Part shown: in pieces, positions 38,556 to 51,902 of the stretch
Layout: the number at the start of each line of letters is the position of its first letter
How positions within the stretch are numbered: position 1 is the stretch's first letter
Assembly (NCBI GenBank): GCA_010093705.1
Contig: MU006101.1
Coordinates: forward strand, 347,614-411,613
Source of the DNA: Patellaria atrata CBS 101060
Lineage: Eukaryota
DNA length: 64,000 nt
Direction of reading: 5' to 3'
Translations under genes and position numbers: made by a program
The notes under the pieces: generated by a model
Told to the model about the DNA's origin: nothing
The model's database searches: none
Seen by the model: the letters and a program-made list of their open reading frames with translations, nothing else

Positions 38556-39071
38556 AAATATGGGGAGATAATACTTTCGCTCATCGTATACTCTGAAGTT
38601 TCACCTCAGTGATATGGAGAACATCTTGGTAACTGTCTGTACTCGATATATCACAGTACGAACCATATACCCTAGTAGATTCAAATAATCAGAAAGAGCA
38701 TATAACGACAAAATGCTGTGAATTGATGTTAAGCGTTGATTTATAACCCGAAAAATACTACTCAGTAGAAATAATGGTGAGTGACTCCTGTTAAGGTACT
38801 GTAGATAATGTATTGCCCGGTGCCCGAGTACCGTGAATGATGTCGGGTGACAAGTGTGAAAACCAGCCTCCGCACAAACCCAGCGATACTTGCCAACGTA
38901 CCTTATCTGGCACGTCGCAAATCGCCCTTACCTCTACCTCGTCACCCTTTGCAAGATGCATGCTGCTTCTCTCTTCAAAAAGTCATCTGGGCGCAATGAA
39001 GAAATTCGTCAAACAAGTCTAGCTTTCCTTACAACCCCCGCACCCTGAACGGAGAATGACTCTCTGAATGA

Positions 39072-40607
39072 ATGGATCCACCCATTGAGAAATCGAAACC
39101 AATAGTGAGTACTTTGACACTTCGCTTGAGTCGAAGTTCATTTAGTTAAAATCCTGACCTCTGCATTTTAAGACCGAGCAACGCACGCTCATGAGAATGC
39201 GACATAACTCGCAGCTTTTCCGAGCGCAAGTAGACGAATACCGCGCCTATCCTCCCGCACCACCAACTCGCAAGATGTTTAACTGCATCATCGATGACAC
39301 CGCTTTGATAGCCGGGGTCAAACGAAGTACGAGGGATGGCATCAAGAAGTGGGTCAACAATGGCGCGATGCGCTTATTTGTACCGCTCTACAGTATGAAT
39401 CCAAAGCTCTCTAAGTATTCGGGAAAGTACTAACAGCATCCTAGCCCTCGAATCACTTGATCGCATGAAGAAGATTAAGGATAGAACGGGTGCTGATGCC
39501 CGAGAAGCCGTTCGTTGGCTGGACGAGGTAACTTCGAACTCCGATACCGCCGCGCGCGTACAACTCCAAGGTGGATTCGAGGTTTACGAGAACTGGGCGG
39601 ATGTTGAGCAGTTCCTTCTCCCTGAAACACTACTTTATTTGGAGAACGAGGAGGAGGAATCTAGCGAAGAGGATGATGAAGATACGAAAGAAGATGCTGA
39701 TGATGGTCCAACTTCCGAGGGCAAATCTGAAGGCAAATCCGAAGGTGGTTCTATCAGCTCAAAGGAGAGTGTAGGTCCACACTCAAAGACGGCGTCCTCC
39801 CCGCGTTCCACATACTCGTCCACAAGCCCAGGTCTTCTCTATGTTAGCCCCTATAAGCATGTCGAATCAACAATAGATTCGATGAACAAAGAGGGGACCT
39901 CGGCCCGCTCTACTACTTCTTCGGTGTCTGGTGACCGAAAACGAATGTCATCTGTGCCGAAATATTTGCAACCATTGTTCAACCATATTCTTTGGCGAAT
40001 TCACCAAGAACAGGACGCTGATATGGCCTTGGAGTCATTTATATTGCTTAGCAATGACCCAGTCAAGCAGACCGTAGCACAACGGTTCGGTGTAAGAGTT
40101 AAGCGTCTTGAGCAATTGCGCGAAGTCATTGCACGAGAGGAGCGAGACTACAAGTCCCGCATGCAGCTCTATCAAAAGGATCAAGGGAAAATGACCATCG
40201 TTAGCCCCAAATCACCTCGCAAACCGGTTGAAATGACCGAAGCTCGTCAAGCTCCTGAAGCACCCGATTCAGACGAAGAAGAGGTCGTGTTCAAACCAAA
40301 ATCTGCACCGGCAGTTCCTGTAAAGAACGAAAACAGCAAGAAATTAATCGACCCGAGCGACTTTACTCGAGCTCCTATCCTACCTCAAAAGAGTCATGGA
40401 CGAGGGCGTGGCCGTGGAGGTCGTGGAGGGCACAGTCCTCAGAGTTCTCGAGGGAACAACTTCCACAAAGTACCTGTTATGGGAAACCTACCTCTCCGTA
40501 CTCACACCGTTAATACTGGACCTATCGATCCTAATTCTTTTGAGCGTCCATCCCCGCACATTCGTTCACTGCGCGGCGGAAGGAGAACTCTCTGGGAGCC
40601 TACGTAA
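39072..40607 (+). CDS. PIN-like domain protein with acidic insert and RG-rich C-terminus
   Basis: CIIDDTAL..G..IKKWV..G..RLFVPLY.LE.LD, AREAVRWLD, FILLSNDP (PIN pattern); introns 39105-39172 and 39393-39444; start codon uncertain (39072, 39191 or 39275). Confidence 0.75.
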
Positions 40608-42645
40608 ATCAGTACCGAGCAGATATCAGATTCATACATCGGTCACTCAGTTCATCCAATTTCATTGAACGGGCATCATGCGAGAAACGATTCCGCAGCT
40701 CGATCCTACATATCTTGATTGCGACTTTAGAACCATTCCTTGATGCGAAAGTAGACCTTGGGTCGTCCAGAAGGTGCAGCTGTTAAGAGGTACTATTTCG
40801 ACTCTCAGACTGTTTAGCCGCCGCTGAATAGGCATTCCCTCAACGTGGATTGTCTGATGAAACCTGCCATTTACATCTGGAGCGCGGGAGGGAAGTTGTC
40901 GCGTTCGTCTCCTACTATAGCAATAGTGCGAGCTCGAGTAGTGTAACAGGATAGTCAAGGGGAGCTTTCCTTCAGACTTTCATTTATTACAAACAGCTGA
41001 CGTTCGGAACAACAGCAGCGTATGATCTGCTCTTTCTTTGGCTCATATCTGGCTGTTTGTTTTCAGTCAACAGAAACTCCGTGTTTTCGGCATCTCAGAT
41101 TGATTTATGCCGCCTTAAGTATCTAGCAAATTGAAAATCTGGTATTGGGAATATTTTGTGTCGACTCTATACTAATTTGAGCGCTCTAGAATCTCCATCT
41201 ATTCGAACTTTCACAGATGAGATGACACCAAACTTTTTACAGAATCTACTGACGGCATAGCTTTTCGAGTAACTACTCTGATTCTTTGCTCGTCGAAATA
41301 AGGTAATTGGAACCGTAAACCAAGTTTGCAGTAGAGCTTAAGGTTATTAGAACGACATGTGTACACTGCCTCTTCGTGTCACTGTTTTCAGATAGGAGAG
41401 ATGCGGCTCTTCTCCTTGGCACGGTATCAGAAGAGGAGGGGGTCAAAACTCACAGCCTCGGTCTCAAAATAGATACGTTTTCAAGTTTTCGGTAGCTTAC
41501 CTGCACCCTGTTTAATGTTGACACATTCGATAGGGTCAACGATATTGTACACGAAAGGTTCTATTACTGACCGGTCAAAACCTTTCAGTTATGTGTCGAA
41601 GAAAGAGGTTGCGACAACTTCTCTTGACCCTATCCATCAGTGTCGAAGATTCGAAGAATGTTGCTGTGGATATCAACACCCGAGAATTTTTCTTTCACCG
41701 GACAGTCTCAAGCCGGAAGTGTCGGGAAAACGCAAAGAGGCTCTTACTAGAGTTACTGCCAGAAATAGGCTTGGTGGTGCATAACACGACTCTACGAGGG
41801 AGATGTGCAGAAGTGTGTAAGATGTGTTACACACTGCCCCCAAAAACTATCCAAGCCATGGGCAAGCCATCCCGACGGTCGAACGATAGCCAGCATCGCG
41901 TTGTTCTGTTACTGGTTAGCCTTGACTTTTGGGTACTTTTTCATCTTTTTGCACAAGGTTTCAAAGGCTTAGCGTCCGCTTACCCAGCCTCTATCTTCTT
42001 GGGGGCCGAAACTGAGTGAAATCTCATCTCGCTATTGGATATGGACCCTGTCGAAGGATTCCGATACTAAGGCTAAGGTACAGGCAGGCACCACTTCAAT
42101 ACAGTAACACGAGATCTCTGATTCTATGTGAGATTCTCAATTTAATTTGCAGTTGGAATTTTCGTAAGTCCGTAAAGAGATGGAATCGTAGCCTGACTAA
42201 ATGACTGATCAAATGCGCAGGGAGGTTCGAGAGCTCTGAAAAGACACAAGTGCAGGCGAACGTGGCTTGATATTGCTTTTTTGGTGATACCGTTTGTGTC
42301 TTCGATACTGATATGGTCAGGAGCCACAGCCCCTTTTTCCGGACCATCATTCGCTGCACTTACCCACACGTCTCAAATCGACTAAAACGATCTCCCACGA
42401 TGGATCATTGCCCAATCAGCACTAACTTTACTTCCGCACCCTTCGTTCTGGAATTAAGGACTGTGAAAGGAGCTGAACCCTCTGCATTGCTAGCCATGCT
42501 TTTATGCAACTGTTCAAATAACACTCATGGCCCCCCTTCGCTCTCTGGGGTTGCGTCTCAAGAATTCTATCGTGATACTCCTCCCCACCGGACTTTTTCG
42601 TTCCAGTTAGAAAGAGAGAAGAGGAAGTAATTATATACAGCAATC

Positions 42646-43985
42646 ATGAGTTTCTCAGGCTTTGAGCATGAGGGTACTCCCCCGGCAGCTGCCATTACCT
42701 CGATCTTTACCATGCCGTCCGCCTATTGTAGCAGCATTTCAACTCCATTCTGGGACAGCGGTTGTATGCCTCCAGGCTGGAGCCGATATTGGGCCAGCGA
42801 TTATGGATACTATTCACCTGCCATTTGCCCATCAGGATACGAAAGCGCGTGTGCCAGACCAACTACTACTAACAGCGGTTGGGGACCCATGGGACCTGAA
42901 CTATTACCAGACGAGACTGCGCAAATATGTTGCCCAATGTAAGTTTACTTGAATTTCATTAACGCGTATATCAGAATCGGAGAATCAGATGCATTTGGTT
43001 GTTATGCGACGCAAAATCTAATATCATCGACAGAGGTTATGAATGCTCCACCTACCAGTCCTACTGCTTCTCTATGGGTCCAGCTACCGCATCGACCGCA
43101 TATGCTCTACAAGTCCGCTGGCAAGCTAGTGATCTTCCCGATCTAGAGACTAATCCTACCGTCTCTGGTCAAGGTCCCCCAGATGCCACCACAACCGACT
43201 CCGCTAGCACCTCAGAGCCTACTGGCCCAATAACACCGGGTCCTACGCAAACACAAACTGACACAACATCCACTTCGGATCCGACCTCTACCAGTTCTTC
43301 CAGCTCAGGTTCCGGTGGCATGTCGACGGGCGCGAAAGTTGGCGTCGGTGTTGCAGTTCCCGTCGCTGCCATTGCCATCATAGCCGGTGGTCTCCTCTTC
43401 TGGTGGCGTCGCAAGAAGACCACACACCCCACTGGCACAACCGGTCAACCTGAGCTCTCCGAACCCACACATTATCAGCATCCACAGCAATACCAGCCCG
43501 TTCCTCCCAACCCTCAACAATACCATGACCCTAGCTATAACCCACAAGGGATTACTCCATCGATGGCCGCGGCTGGCTATAAACACCCGTCTCAGAATAT
43601 GGGCCCGCCTGCACAGTTACCGGATTACAACAGGGTGTACACGGAGCGTGAGCAGCGAAACTCACCCCAACCTCCAATGAACAATGCCCCCATGAGCACG
43701 TACTCAACAGGCCAAGCTGTGTCACCACAACAAACGCATACGTACGCGGGCTCTGGCGTTTTCGAAGCACAGGGCAACGATTCGTACATGGGTCCCGGCA
43801 CTGGCGTTGCTGGAAGCCATGCCGGAAGCCAACCCGATCAGGAGATGAGCGAAGTTCAGCGACTGAGGATGGAGCAAGCGCGCTTGGCCGAGCGGAGGAA
43901 TAGGCTCACGCAGCTGCAAGAATTAGATGAGCAGGAGAGGCTGCTGAGCTCGAGGTTGGCTGAGCTAGAGACTAACAAACCGTAA
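42646..43985 (+). CDS. Single-pass membrane protein: Cys-rich N-terminus, Ser/Thr stalk, Mid2-like TM segment, C-terminal coiled coil
   Basis: YYSPAICPSGY, CCP, QVRWQASDL, GMSTGAKVGVGVAVPV..FWWRRKK; intron 42939-43033. Confidence 0.8.
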
Positions 43986-44871
43986 GAAAGTTCTTGACGA
44001 GATGATACGGTTAATATGTAAGATTGTATACCGCGCCGGTAAAGAAGAGGTGGATGAAAAATTCAGGGAATGTTGTGTTTGATAGAGGTAGATATTATAT
44101 CCCCACAATAGTCCCGACGCGATTTTTACTTTTACTTGTAGCGTACTTTTTTTATTTTTATCAGTGGAGTGAGGGATGGGTGGCATCGAAATGGGCTTCA
44201 TGGCGATATTGCTTGCTCATTATCATTTTTTTTTTCTTTGTAATTGATTATAATGATATAGTCTGCTAATCATGATATTTAACAAAAGAGGAGAAATTGA
44301 GAGTATCTGTATAGTCCCGTACAGGCGATTAACTTGAGGCCCCAGGATATTATGGCTAAAATCTTTTATTCTGTGGTCAATATAAGCTCATCTCGGATAT
44401 TGGTACCTTAGTACAGCTGTATTGTACAACGTACCATTTCTTCAATGTCAGATCTGATGTCCCTGAACCGCTTTAGGGGTTTTGTACAGATAACGGCAAG
44501 CCGAGAAATGGGATGCTTCGTTGATGCACGGGTGATTGAGAGGGTCATCAGAAAGTAAGGTATGAGCTTACCTACCTCTTCTACATATCCTTCCCTTTCT
44601 CCCGACACCGTGGCTGTGGTATGGATTATGTGTGACCCAGATAGTGCGAGGCACGTGGTGAAAGATTGGAAGAACCCTAGGAGCGCGCCAAGACTCATAC
44701 GCGACTTCCCGTTTTGGTTCTCTCGCCAACGGGTTGTTTAACAACAATAGAACAGATCAGAGAACTCCTTCATCTTCACCACCACACCAATAACTGTCAA
44801 CTGATATACTTCTAGAATATCGATACGTGGACATTTACCATGCAATAGAGTCAAACGGATAATCAATAGTA

Positions 44872-47633
44872 ATGCCTTCCCGGCGCGGCACGGAACTCGA
44901 ACCTCAAACCACGAAGCAACCTAATACCGCAACGTTTACGTTTCCCACCAATGACCACTTGGTGATTATTACGCAGCGACATGTGCTCAATTGGGATGCG
45001 AAGGGTATATCAAAGGTCTTTCTATCAGCATCCGAAGGTATCCTTGCAGCGAAAGAATCGAAAGATGGCAGTGGCACGCTCGCAATCGCAGATAGTCAGG
45101 TCGTAGTATTACATGACCGAGTTGACCAGGCTACTCAAAGGAGCTACAAGTTGAATGGAACTGAGGTAAGGATATATCTCTATAATCATCAACAATACTC
45201 ATACATTACATTTAGGGTCCCGTCCGACTTCTAGAGTATACGAACGATTCGAAGCAGCTGTTCTTCAGCACTACTGTTCAGAATGCTGTACAATGCTATT
45301 CCATATCGCAATCGTGTCTGTTAGATCCGCTTCACAGTCATCCTTCTTCTCCCACGGTCCTTGCCCTCTCGTCGAACTCCAGCTTGCTATTGTCTGCCTC
45401 AGAAAACCCTCCAGTCATATACCTCCACAACCTCACACTACGTACGCCGCCAGTACAGCTTCAACCCCGAGCGTCTGGCAGTGCCGTTTCTACTGCTGCT
45501 TTCCATCCAGATAGACCAAATGTTTTCATGCTTGGATATAGAGATGGAACATTAGCAGCGTACGATGCGACAAGGATTCCACGAGCAATTGGTAAAACAG
45601 ACGTCCGCACTCGACTTGGCAGGTCGGCACAATATGGCGAGATAAGTCATTTCAAGCACTTACATTCATGTTCAAATCAGTCGGGCAAAGACACAACCGC
45701 GCTACTGGACGATGCTGTGGTAAGTGCTTACGACTCAGGTACTAAGAGCGTGGGTATGGGAAACATAGGGACAGGAATTACTGCAGCAAGGTTTCTACCT
45801 GGATACAAAACTAGGACTGTCAGTGTGGGCAGTGATGGGAAATGTCGTATGGTGGACTTTGATCTCGGCGGCAAATTGCTCAGGACCTGGCATGTTCGTG
45901 GTCCCGCCACAAGCCTTTCCATCTTGTCCACAGCTCGACCAGGCTCCACTGAACCCTCTAAACTCTCTCGCGGAATTAGAAGGATACCTACAGTCTCGAA
46001 GAGTCTCCTTGAAGAGTCCGAATCAACAGATTATGTTATTGCTGTAGGACGGCTCGATGGCAAGCTTCTGTTGTTCAGTTTAGTCGGTGTACTTCTCCGG
46101 GAGCAGGTTATTGACCCTGCGGGTGGTAGAGTCATTGACGTAGAATGGCGATCAGGACCCAGTCATGGAGTCATAGCAAATATCCCACTTACCGCTGGTC
46201 AACAGGTGGAGATTCCTGTCATTCAAGACGGTTCAAAGAAGCGTAAGAGATCTAGCTTTGGGAATCAGAGCTGCACCTTTGGAGAAGATGTTGATCCAAT
46301 AAAACATGAACGTGCCTCTAGTATAGTCGAGATAACCCCAATGTTGATTTCCAAGGGAAGAGAACAGACATTGTCCGATTCTGGTACTATTCAACATATG
46401 GATGTACTCGAATCAATCAAGTCAGACTTACCAACCATGTCTGGGAATAACTACATGGATCTCTTTTCACCCGTGAAAGCTCAGGCCTCACCCCAACGAC
46501 GTTCAACTCGTTCAAATCCAAGACCAAGGCTTTCCAGTTCTACGTTCATTGCAAATGGCTCAAATTCTGCTCCCCAGTCGCCGACAAAGGAACCTTTGCG
46601 GAATCAGACTGTTTTGTCACCAATCAGTCCTGACAGACCATTGCTTACAGGAGAAGCTCAAAGAACGAAATCCGCAGCTAAAGAGAAGAATGGAAGTTTT
46701 GATTATCTTCCATCTGAGCCCGTCCCAGCTACAGTTGAGAACGGCTCACCTCGCGCTCACAAAACAAGGTGGATCTCTACACAACACATGCCGGGCGCCT
46801 TCCACCACTCGTACAGTACTCTAACAGTCGGGTCCGGATCCAGTTCCGAAAGCAGTAAGATCCTCGCAGATTTACGCCGTCTCGATGACACAGGCCCGAA
46901 ACCGAGGAATGGCGGCTCATCGATTCTGGCACCATACATGCCCGCGTCCACAGGACGTAAGTCCAAAGCCGTCTCCATAGCCCCTAATTCCGTTTCCAAA
47001 AAGAGCGAGGACGTACCAGATATTTGGCTCGACCGTGAAGAGCACAGCGTAGGACCTCCCCCCAGACGCACAAGGACAGCGCGCACATTCCCGCAACAGG
47101 AAAGAAAGGGACCTCCTCCCCCTTCGAAATTACAGCAGATGAAATCGGGTCCGCTCGATAGCAGTAAGCCGCAGTTGTCCTTCTCGACAGATACACTGGG
47201 CTACACCGCCTCAGATGAGAATCAGACCGTGGAAAAAAGCGATGATATTGAGAATGAGAATTCGCATCTGGATCCCGGGTTCGCACTCTCGCCCAAAGGC
47301 CCGGTGGTCATGAAGGAGTTTTTCCCGCGCTCGAGCTCGTTGAGTCCGAAGAAGGCGAAAGAGAAGAGACTGCAGACTGCGTTGAGGGAGTTGGAGGCGA
47401 ATTTTGCGCAGAGCAGGAGAGAACGGATGGGGACTAAGGGTAGCGAGGGGGAGAAGATGTCTGGTGCCATCCATAGGAAGTTAGATAAGGCAGACTGCAA
47501 GTATGAGGGCTGTCAGGATAGGTTTGAGGGACTGGAGGATGAGGTTGCGGAGTTAAGGAGGGAGGTTGCGGAGTTAAGGGGGTTGGTGGGGGAGATGGTT
47601 ATGAGGACGACGGATACACGGCTGAGGCGATGA
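44872..47633 (+). CDS. WD40-repeat protein with low-complexity linker and C-terminal coiled coil (NEDD1/GCP-WD-like architecture)
   Basis: WD-like strands (AAFHPDRPNVFMLGYRDGTL, VSVGSDGKCRMVDF, AVGRLDGKL); LEDEVAELRREVAELR; intron 45166-45215; NEDD1 identity is inferred from architecture only. Confidence 0.75.
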
Positions 47634-48154
47634 GTTCATGAATAAGGGAAGAGTTTGCATAGCGAGGTGGTTTAATCATTGATAGAAAACCTGTCAATTC
47701 TCTATCTTTTCTGTGCGGAAGATACGGACACGCATCCTGGGCAGAAATGGGAATGTTACTGCGGTCCGTAAGTACACGTTAGACTAAGGGCTCGAAAAGT
47801 TGAGAGGAGCTTACGACGGATTGTACGATATCGTTTATGGTTTTTCAGGCAGATGTGATTCCTGAACTTAAAGTTAAGTCTTTCGAGTACCTGTAAATAA
47901 GCAAAGACTTCGAGATATTTCTAGCGCTAAGACACGTAAAGAAGTTAGTAGACCACTTAATAAACTCTCGAAAAGCGACTGACCTCCTGGGATAACCCTA
48001 CCCTCCTTTCTTTATTACCATTCTTAACTCTTTCACTACTTCTTCTTCCCCATCTTGGTCTTCCCCCTCGCCTTGTTCTTTCCCGTTGTCTTGCTCGTCC
48101 TCGTAGCCTTCAGCTTCATCACTATTCTCTTCCCTTTCCTCTTCCCTATTCCCT

Positions 48155-51100
48155 TCACCTACTACCCCTTTCACTGCTTTTCCCTTCTTCCATTTTCCAC
48201 CTATGTAAAACTTCAAGCGACCACTTCGTGCGAGGATGGAGAGGACCGAGTCTCTTTTCTCGTAGTTGAGCGCAGTTCGCCATTAGTAGGATAGCTTCCT
48301 TATTGCGATTTTGTGACTTCAGCGTACATGCGAGGTTAGACATGCTCGTGAGGGTACTTGTGTGCTCTTCCCCAAGTACTCTCTTTCTCATCTCTATAAC
48401 TTGTATCTGGAGCTCCTCTGCCTCCTTTAACCGCTCTTGTCCTTGTTCTGAGATAGTTGACGCAAGGGTACTCATACTCTCGAGGGTATTTGGATGCTCC
48501 TTCCCAAGTAACATCCTCTGTGCCTCTAGAACTTGTATCTCGAGCGCTTCCGCCTCCTTTAACCGCTCTCCCCCTTGCGCTGAAATAGTTGATGCGAGGT
48601 GAGACATACTCAGGAGGGTATCTTGATTTTGTTTTCCAAATAACCTCCTTCGGGTATCCACTATCTGTATTAGGAGCGCTTCTGCATCCTTCCAGAGCCC
48701 TTGATTTAGGAATGTTATCGCTACGTTGTGCATAATTCTTAATGTGTCCGGATGCTCCTTTCCGTGCATCCTTCTTTTCGCCTCCGCTACTGGTATGTTG
48801 AGCTCTTGTGCGTCCTTCCACTTCCCGACATCCTGAAATACCCATGCAAACATTTCGCACTGTTTAACATCTTCTAATAGAAATTGCTTTCCGCCACCGT
48901 GCTGTTCGCAAGCTAGGATGTGCGGAAGAAGCTGGCGACGGTAGGCGTTGTCCACGGTGGTCATTTCCCAATTTATCGAGGAAGCTAGAAGTTCTCGTGT
49001 GGCCCGCAAACAATCCAGCTGATTAGTCTGAGGTATCAGGTCTCGTGCCCACTCATGGACTAGAACATGCATGGAGAAGAATTTTTGTGACTCGTCCTTT
49101 CTTATCAATGAATAAGAAAGTAAGGTAGAAATGCCTTTCCTGAATAGAAATGGATCCCAGTTATCATTGGAGTCGATCTTCAAGAGCCCACCTGGAAGGT
49201 TGAAGCCCCCGTTATCAATTTCGGCAGTACTAAAAAACTTGATTTTGAGCTTTCCGGGCTCCGCGGCGCGCCTAAAAATATCTTCCATGATACCATCGTT
49301 GTGGAGGAAAGCAAAAAGTCTGAGAATCTGCAGTGCAACCGCAGCATAATTGGACTTTTGGGCGCCCTCCTCGTTTGAAACACGTTCTATTGCTGCGTAT
49401 GAGATATCCCAAGTAGCATATACTGCCTGATTAGCCTCTGACACGCCCTTGTATCTTGGATTCTTCAACATCTCTTTTCGGTGGTTGTGGAAAGTATGAA
49501 TGTAGTCCTCAAGGCTGGATTCACCCATGTGAATGGAGGCGCCGGCCAGGTCGATAGCCAGGGGAAGGAAACCAAGTTCTTCAACTATTCGCGTTGCAAG
49601 ACGACGGGAATTCACTCCACTTTCGTTCAACCGTGCGGCTCTCAAAAGCAATGTGACAGAATCCGAGCTTTCCATCTCATCAATTCTTAGGACAGCTTCA
49701 GGTGGAAGTAGATGTCCTATAGATGGGTTTCTGCTGGTATATATAATATTTCCATTTTCACCCCTCGGTGAAAGGCGTTCAAGATCTTTATTGCTCTCGC
49801 AGTTGTCCAATAATAGTAGCCATTCTTGTTTCAAATTCGATAGCCAACGCAAGACCCCTTCAATGGTGTCGCCCAAACCATTCTCAATCCCGATTTCTTT
49901 GTAACTTTGTTCGGTCGTAGCCGTACTACTTGCATCAATCCAGAAAACACGCTCGAATCTGTCTGATGTTAGCTGACTCAGAAATATGGAACATGTAGGC
50001 GCGTACCTCTCTCCGTAGACTTGTGCGAACTGTAGAGCAGTCTGAGTTTTGCCCGCTCCACCGAGTCCATATAATAAGAACTCCCGCCTTGGGAATGAGC
50101 CACCCGTTCGAGGAACAAAGAAGTTATCCATTGTACCCAATACAGTCTTCCGACCTGTAAATATTGGGCTAGGTTTAGGTTTTGCTCGGATTTGTACCTT
50201 CTGGACAACCCTAACTCGGGCATCTGGGATCGCACCTGTCGTCTAGTCAGAAGAGAATACTTCAAATATTCATGCTGTCCCCTATACAACATTCCTGGCA
50301 TTCTATATGCAGCTTCAACTTTTACTGTATAAGAATGAATAGAGTACAGGTCGACTTGGAGTTGTACACGAATATCATGATATAGCTCTGTATAATCTAC
50401 GCTCGGATTTGGAAAGTGTTTCTCACTCGTCTATACAGGAAAGCGTAAACTTCCGAGTGCATCCTAGTACGAAGTACGGCTGAACAATTAAGATACTGGA
50501 ATTCTGTTGAAGGCCCCAGTAATTGTTTGGTAAGCGTACAAAGGCTGAGCAAGACCGAACATGATAGGAGGGGAGAGAGTTCTATGACTGACACATATCC
50601 CGCAGTGTTATACCAAAACTCACGGGTTTGCAAAGCCTTTCCACCACCTCATTAAGAGCTTTGTGTACTCTGGTTTCCGTCATGTATGCTATCGTATGCT
50701 GTTTTAGTTCCCCCATCCTTTCCCATTCTTCCAACGAGATACCTGCAGCACCGTGGATAATACTGAAACGAAAATAAAAGCCCGGACAATCCTGGAACCG
50801 TTGCTCTAGCCTCTCTGCTACCCTCTCACAATCAGTCACAATCTTCTTCAGTACACCAATCAAGTCGGTGGGTATCAATCTCTGTGCGGAATCCGGCGTC
50901 GCTAGCCCAATTGGCCCTGGATGGCCCGTACCGATACTAATAAGACATCCGACTTTCCTATCGCTTCCAAAAACCTTTCTGGCCTCCTCCAATAGCTCAT
51001 TGACAGGATTATTACAACCAAGCGCTCCATCAATGAAGTCTTCCATTGTATGGCCTTCATCACCGATGGAAATACGTTTAAAGAACGTTGGAGCCGCACT

Positions 51101-51902
51101 GGTCGCACGACAAGCTTGCCAAATTTCACAGTTTGGACTTCGTAGCTCTCGTACCGAATACGTCCGGAACAGACGAGGATGGGCAAGGTTTCCGGCAGGC
51201 ATCGCGCATACGAATGCCCTTCCTTTACTGGACGGCCCAATCGAGGTATCAAGCATACAGTCCCCCAGGCCTCTGCTAGAGACAAGTTTCTTTATCTCAT
51301 TTTCCAGTACAGTGGCTTTAAAAGCCCCATCCTGGGACATTCTCTTTTTGTTATTTTTTGAAAATACGATGCTGGCAAGGGAATTGTAATTTTTCAACGC
51401 TTCGTTAGTTGTCATACGTAATCGGCCGAGCATGAGCGCAATCAGTCTAGAGGAGTAACTGTTAGCAGAAATACTATAGTTTCTTTCGTCGTGGTACGCT
51501 CTCTTTATACACAACTCAAGAAACGAAAGACTCTCAGACCCAATTATCCCCTGAGTTAATGTACAGCAAAATCTATGGCAAGCGAGGACCCCTGAACACG
51601 ACGAGAGCATTAGATTGAAGATAGATACGTACCCTCCTGTACTAGTTCCTCCAATAAGATCAAAGTAATCACAAGGCCGGGGGTCTTGCTTCAGCTTCAA
51701 ATCACACTTAACCCGATTCATAATTTCGTCCAATATGAGAAGCTCGGAGATCCCTCGAATGCCGCCTCCATCTGGGCGGTTTTAGCATGGTATACATATC
51801 CCTATCCTTTGGTAGAAGAGATATAGTAAAAATAAGTTTTCAATTACCTAGTGCTAAGAGATTGACCGGATGGTTAGCGACAGACGTTGCATTTTGGGCC
51901 AT
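48155..51902 (-). CDS. Fungal NLR: patatin-like phospholipase + NB-ARC + TPR repeats
   Basis: DGGGIRG, GTSTG, SAAPTFF, DGA (patatin); FTGR, GLGGAGKT, LLLLDN, LGFLPLAI, MHVLVHEW (NB-ARC); LGKEHP.TL..M..LA TPRs; introns 51847-51772, 51632-51447, 50592-50236, 50006-49959. Confidence 0.92.
48280..48830 (-). repeat. TPR-coding tandem repeats (4-5 units of 126-132 nt) in the NLR; boundaries approximate
   Basis: CCTCCTTTAACCGCTCT recurs at 48421 and 48553 (132-nt period). Confidence 0.85.
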
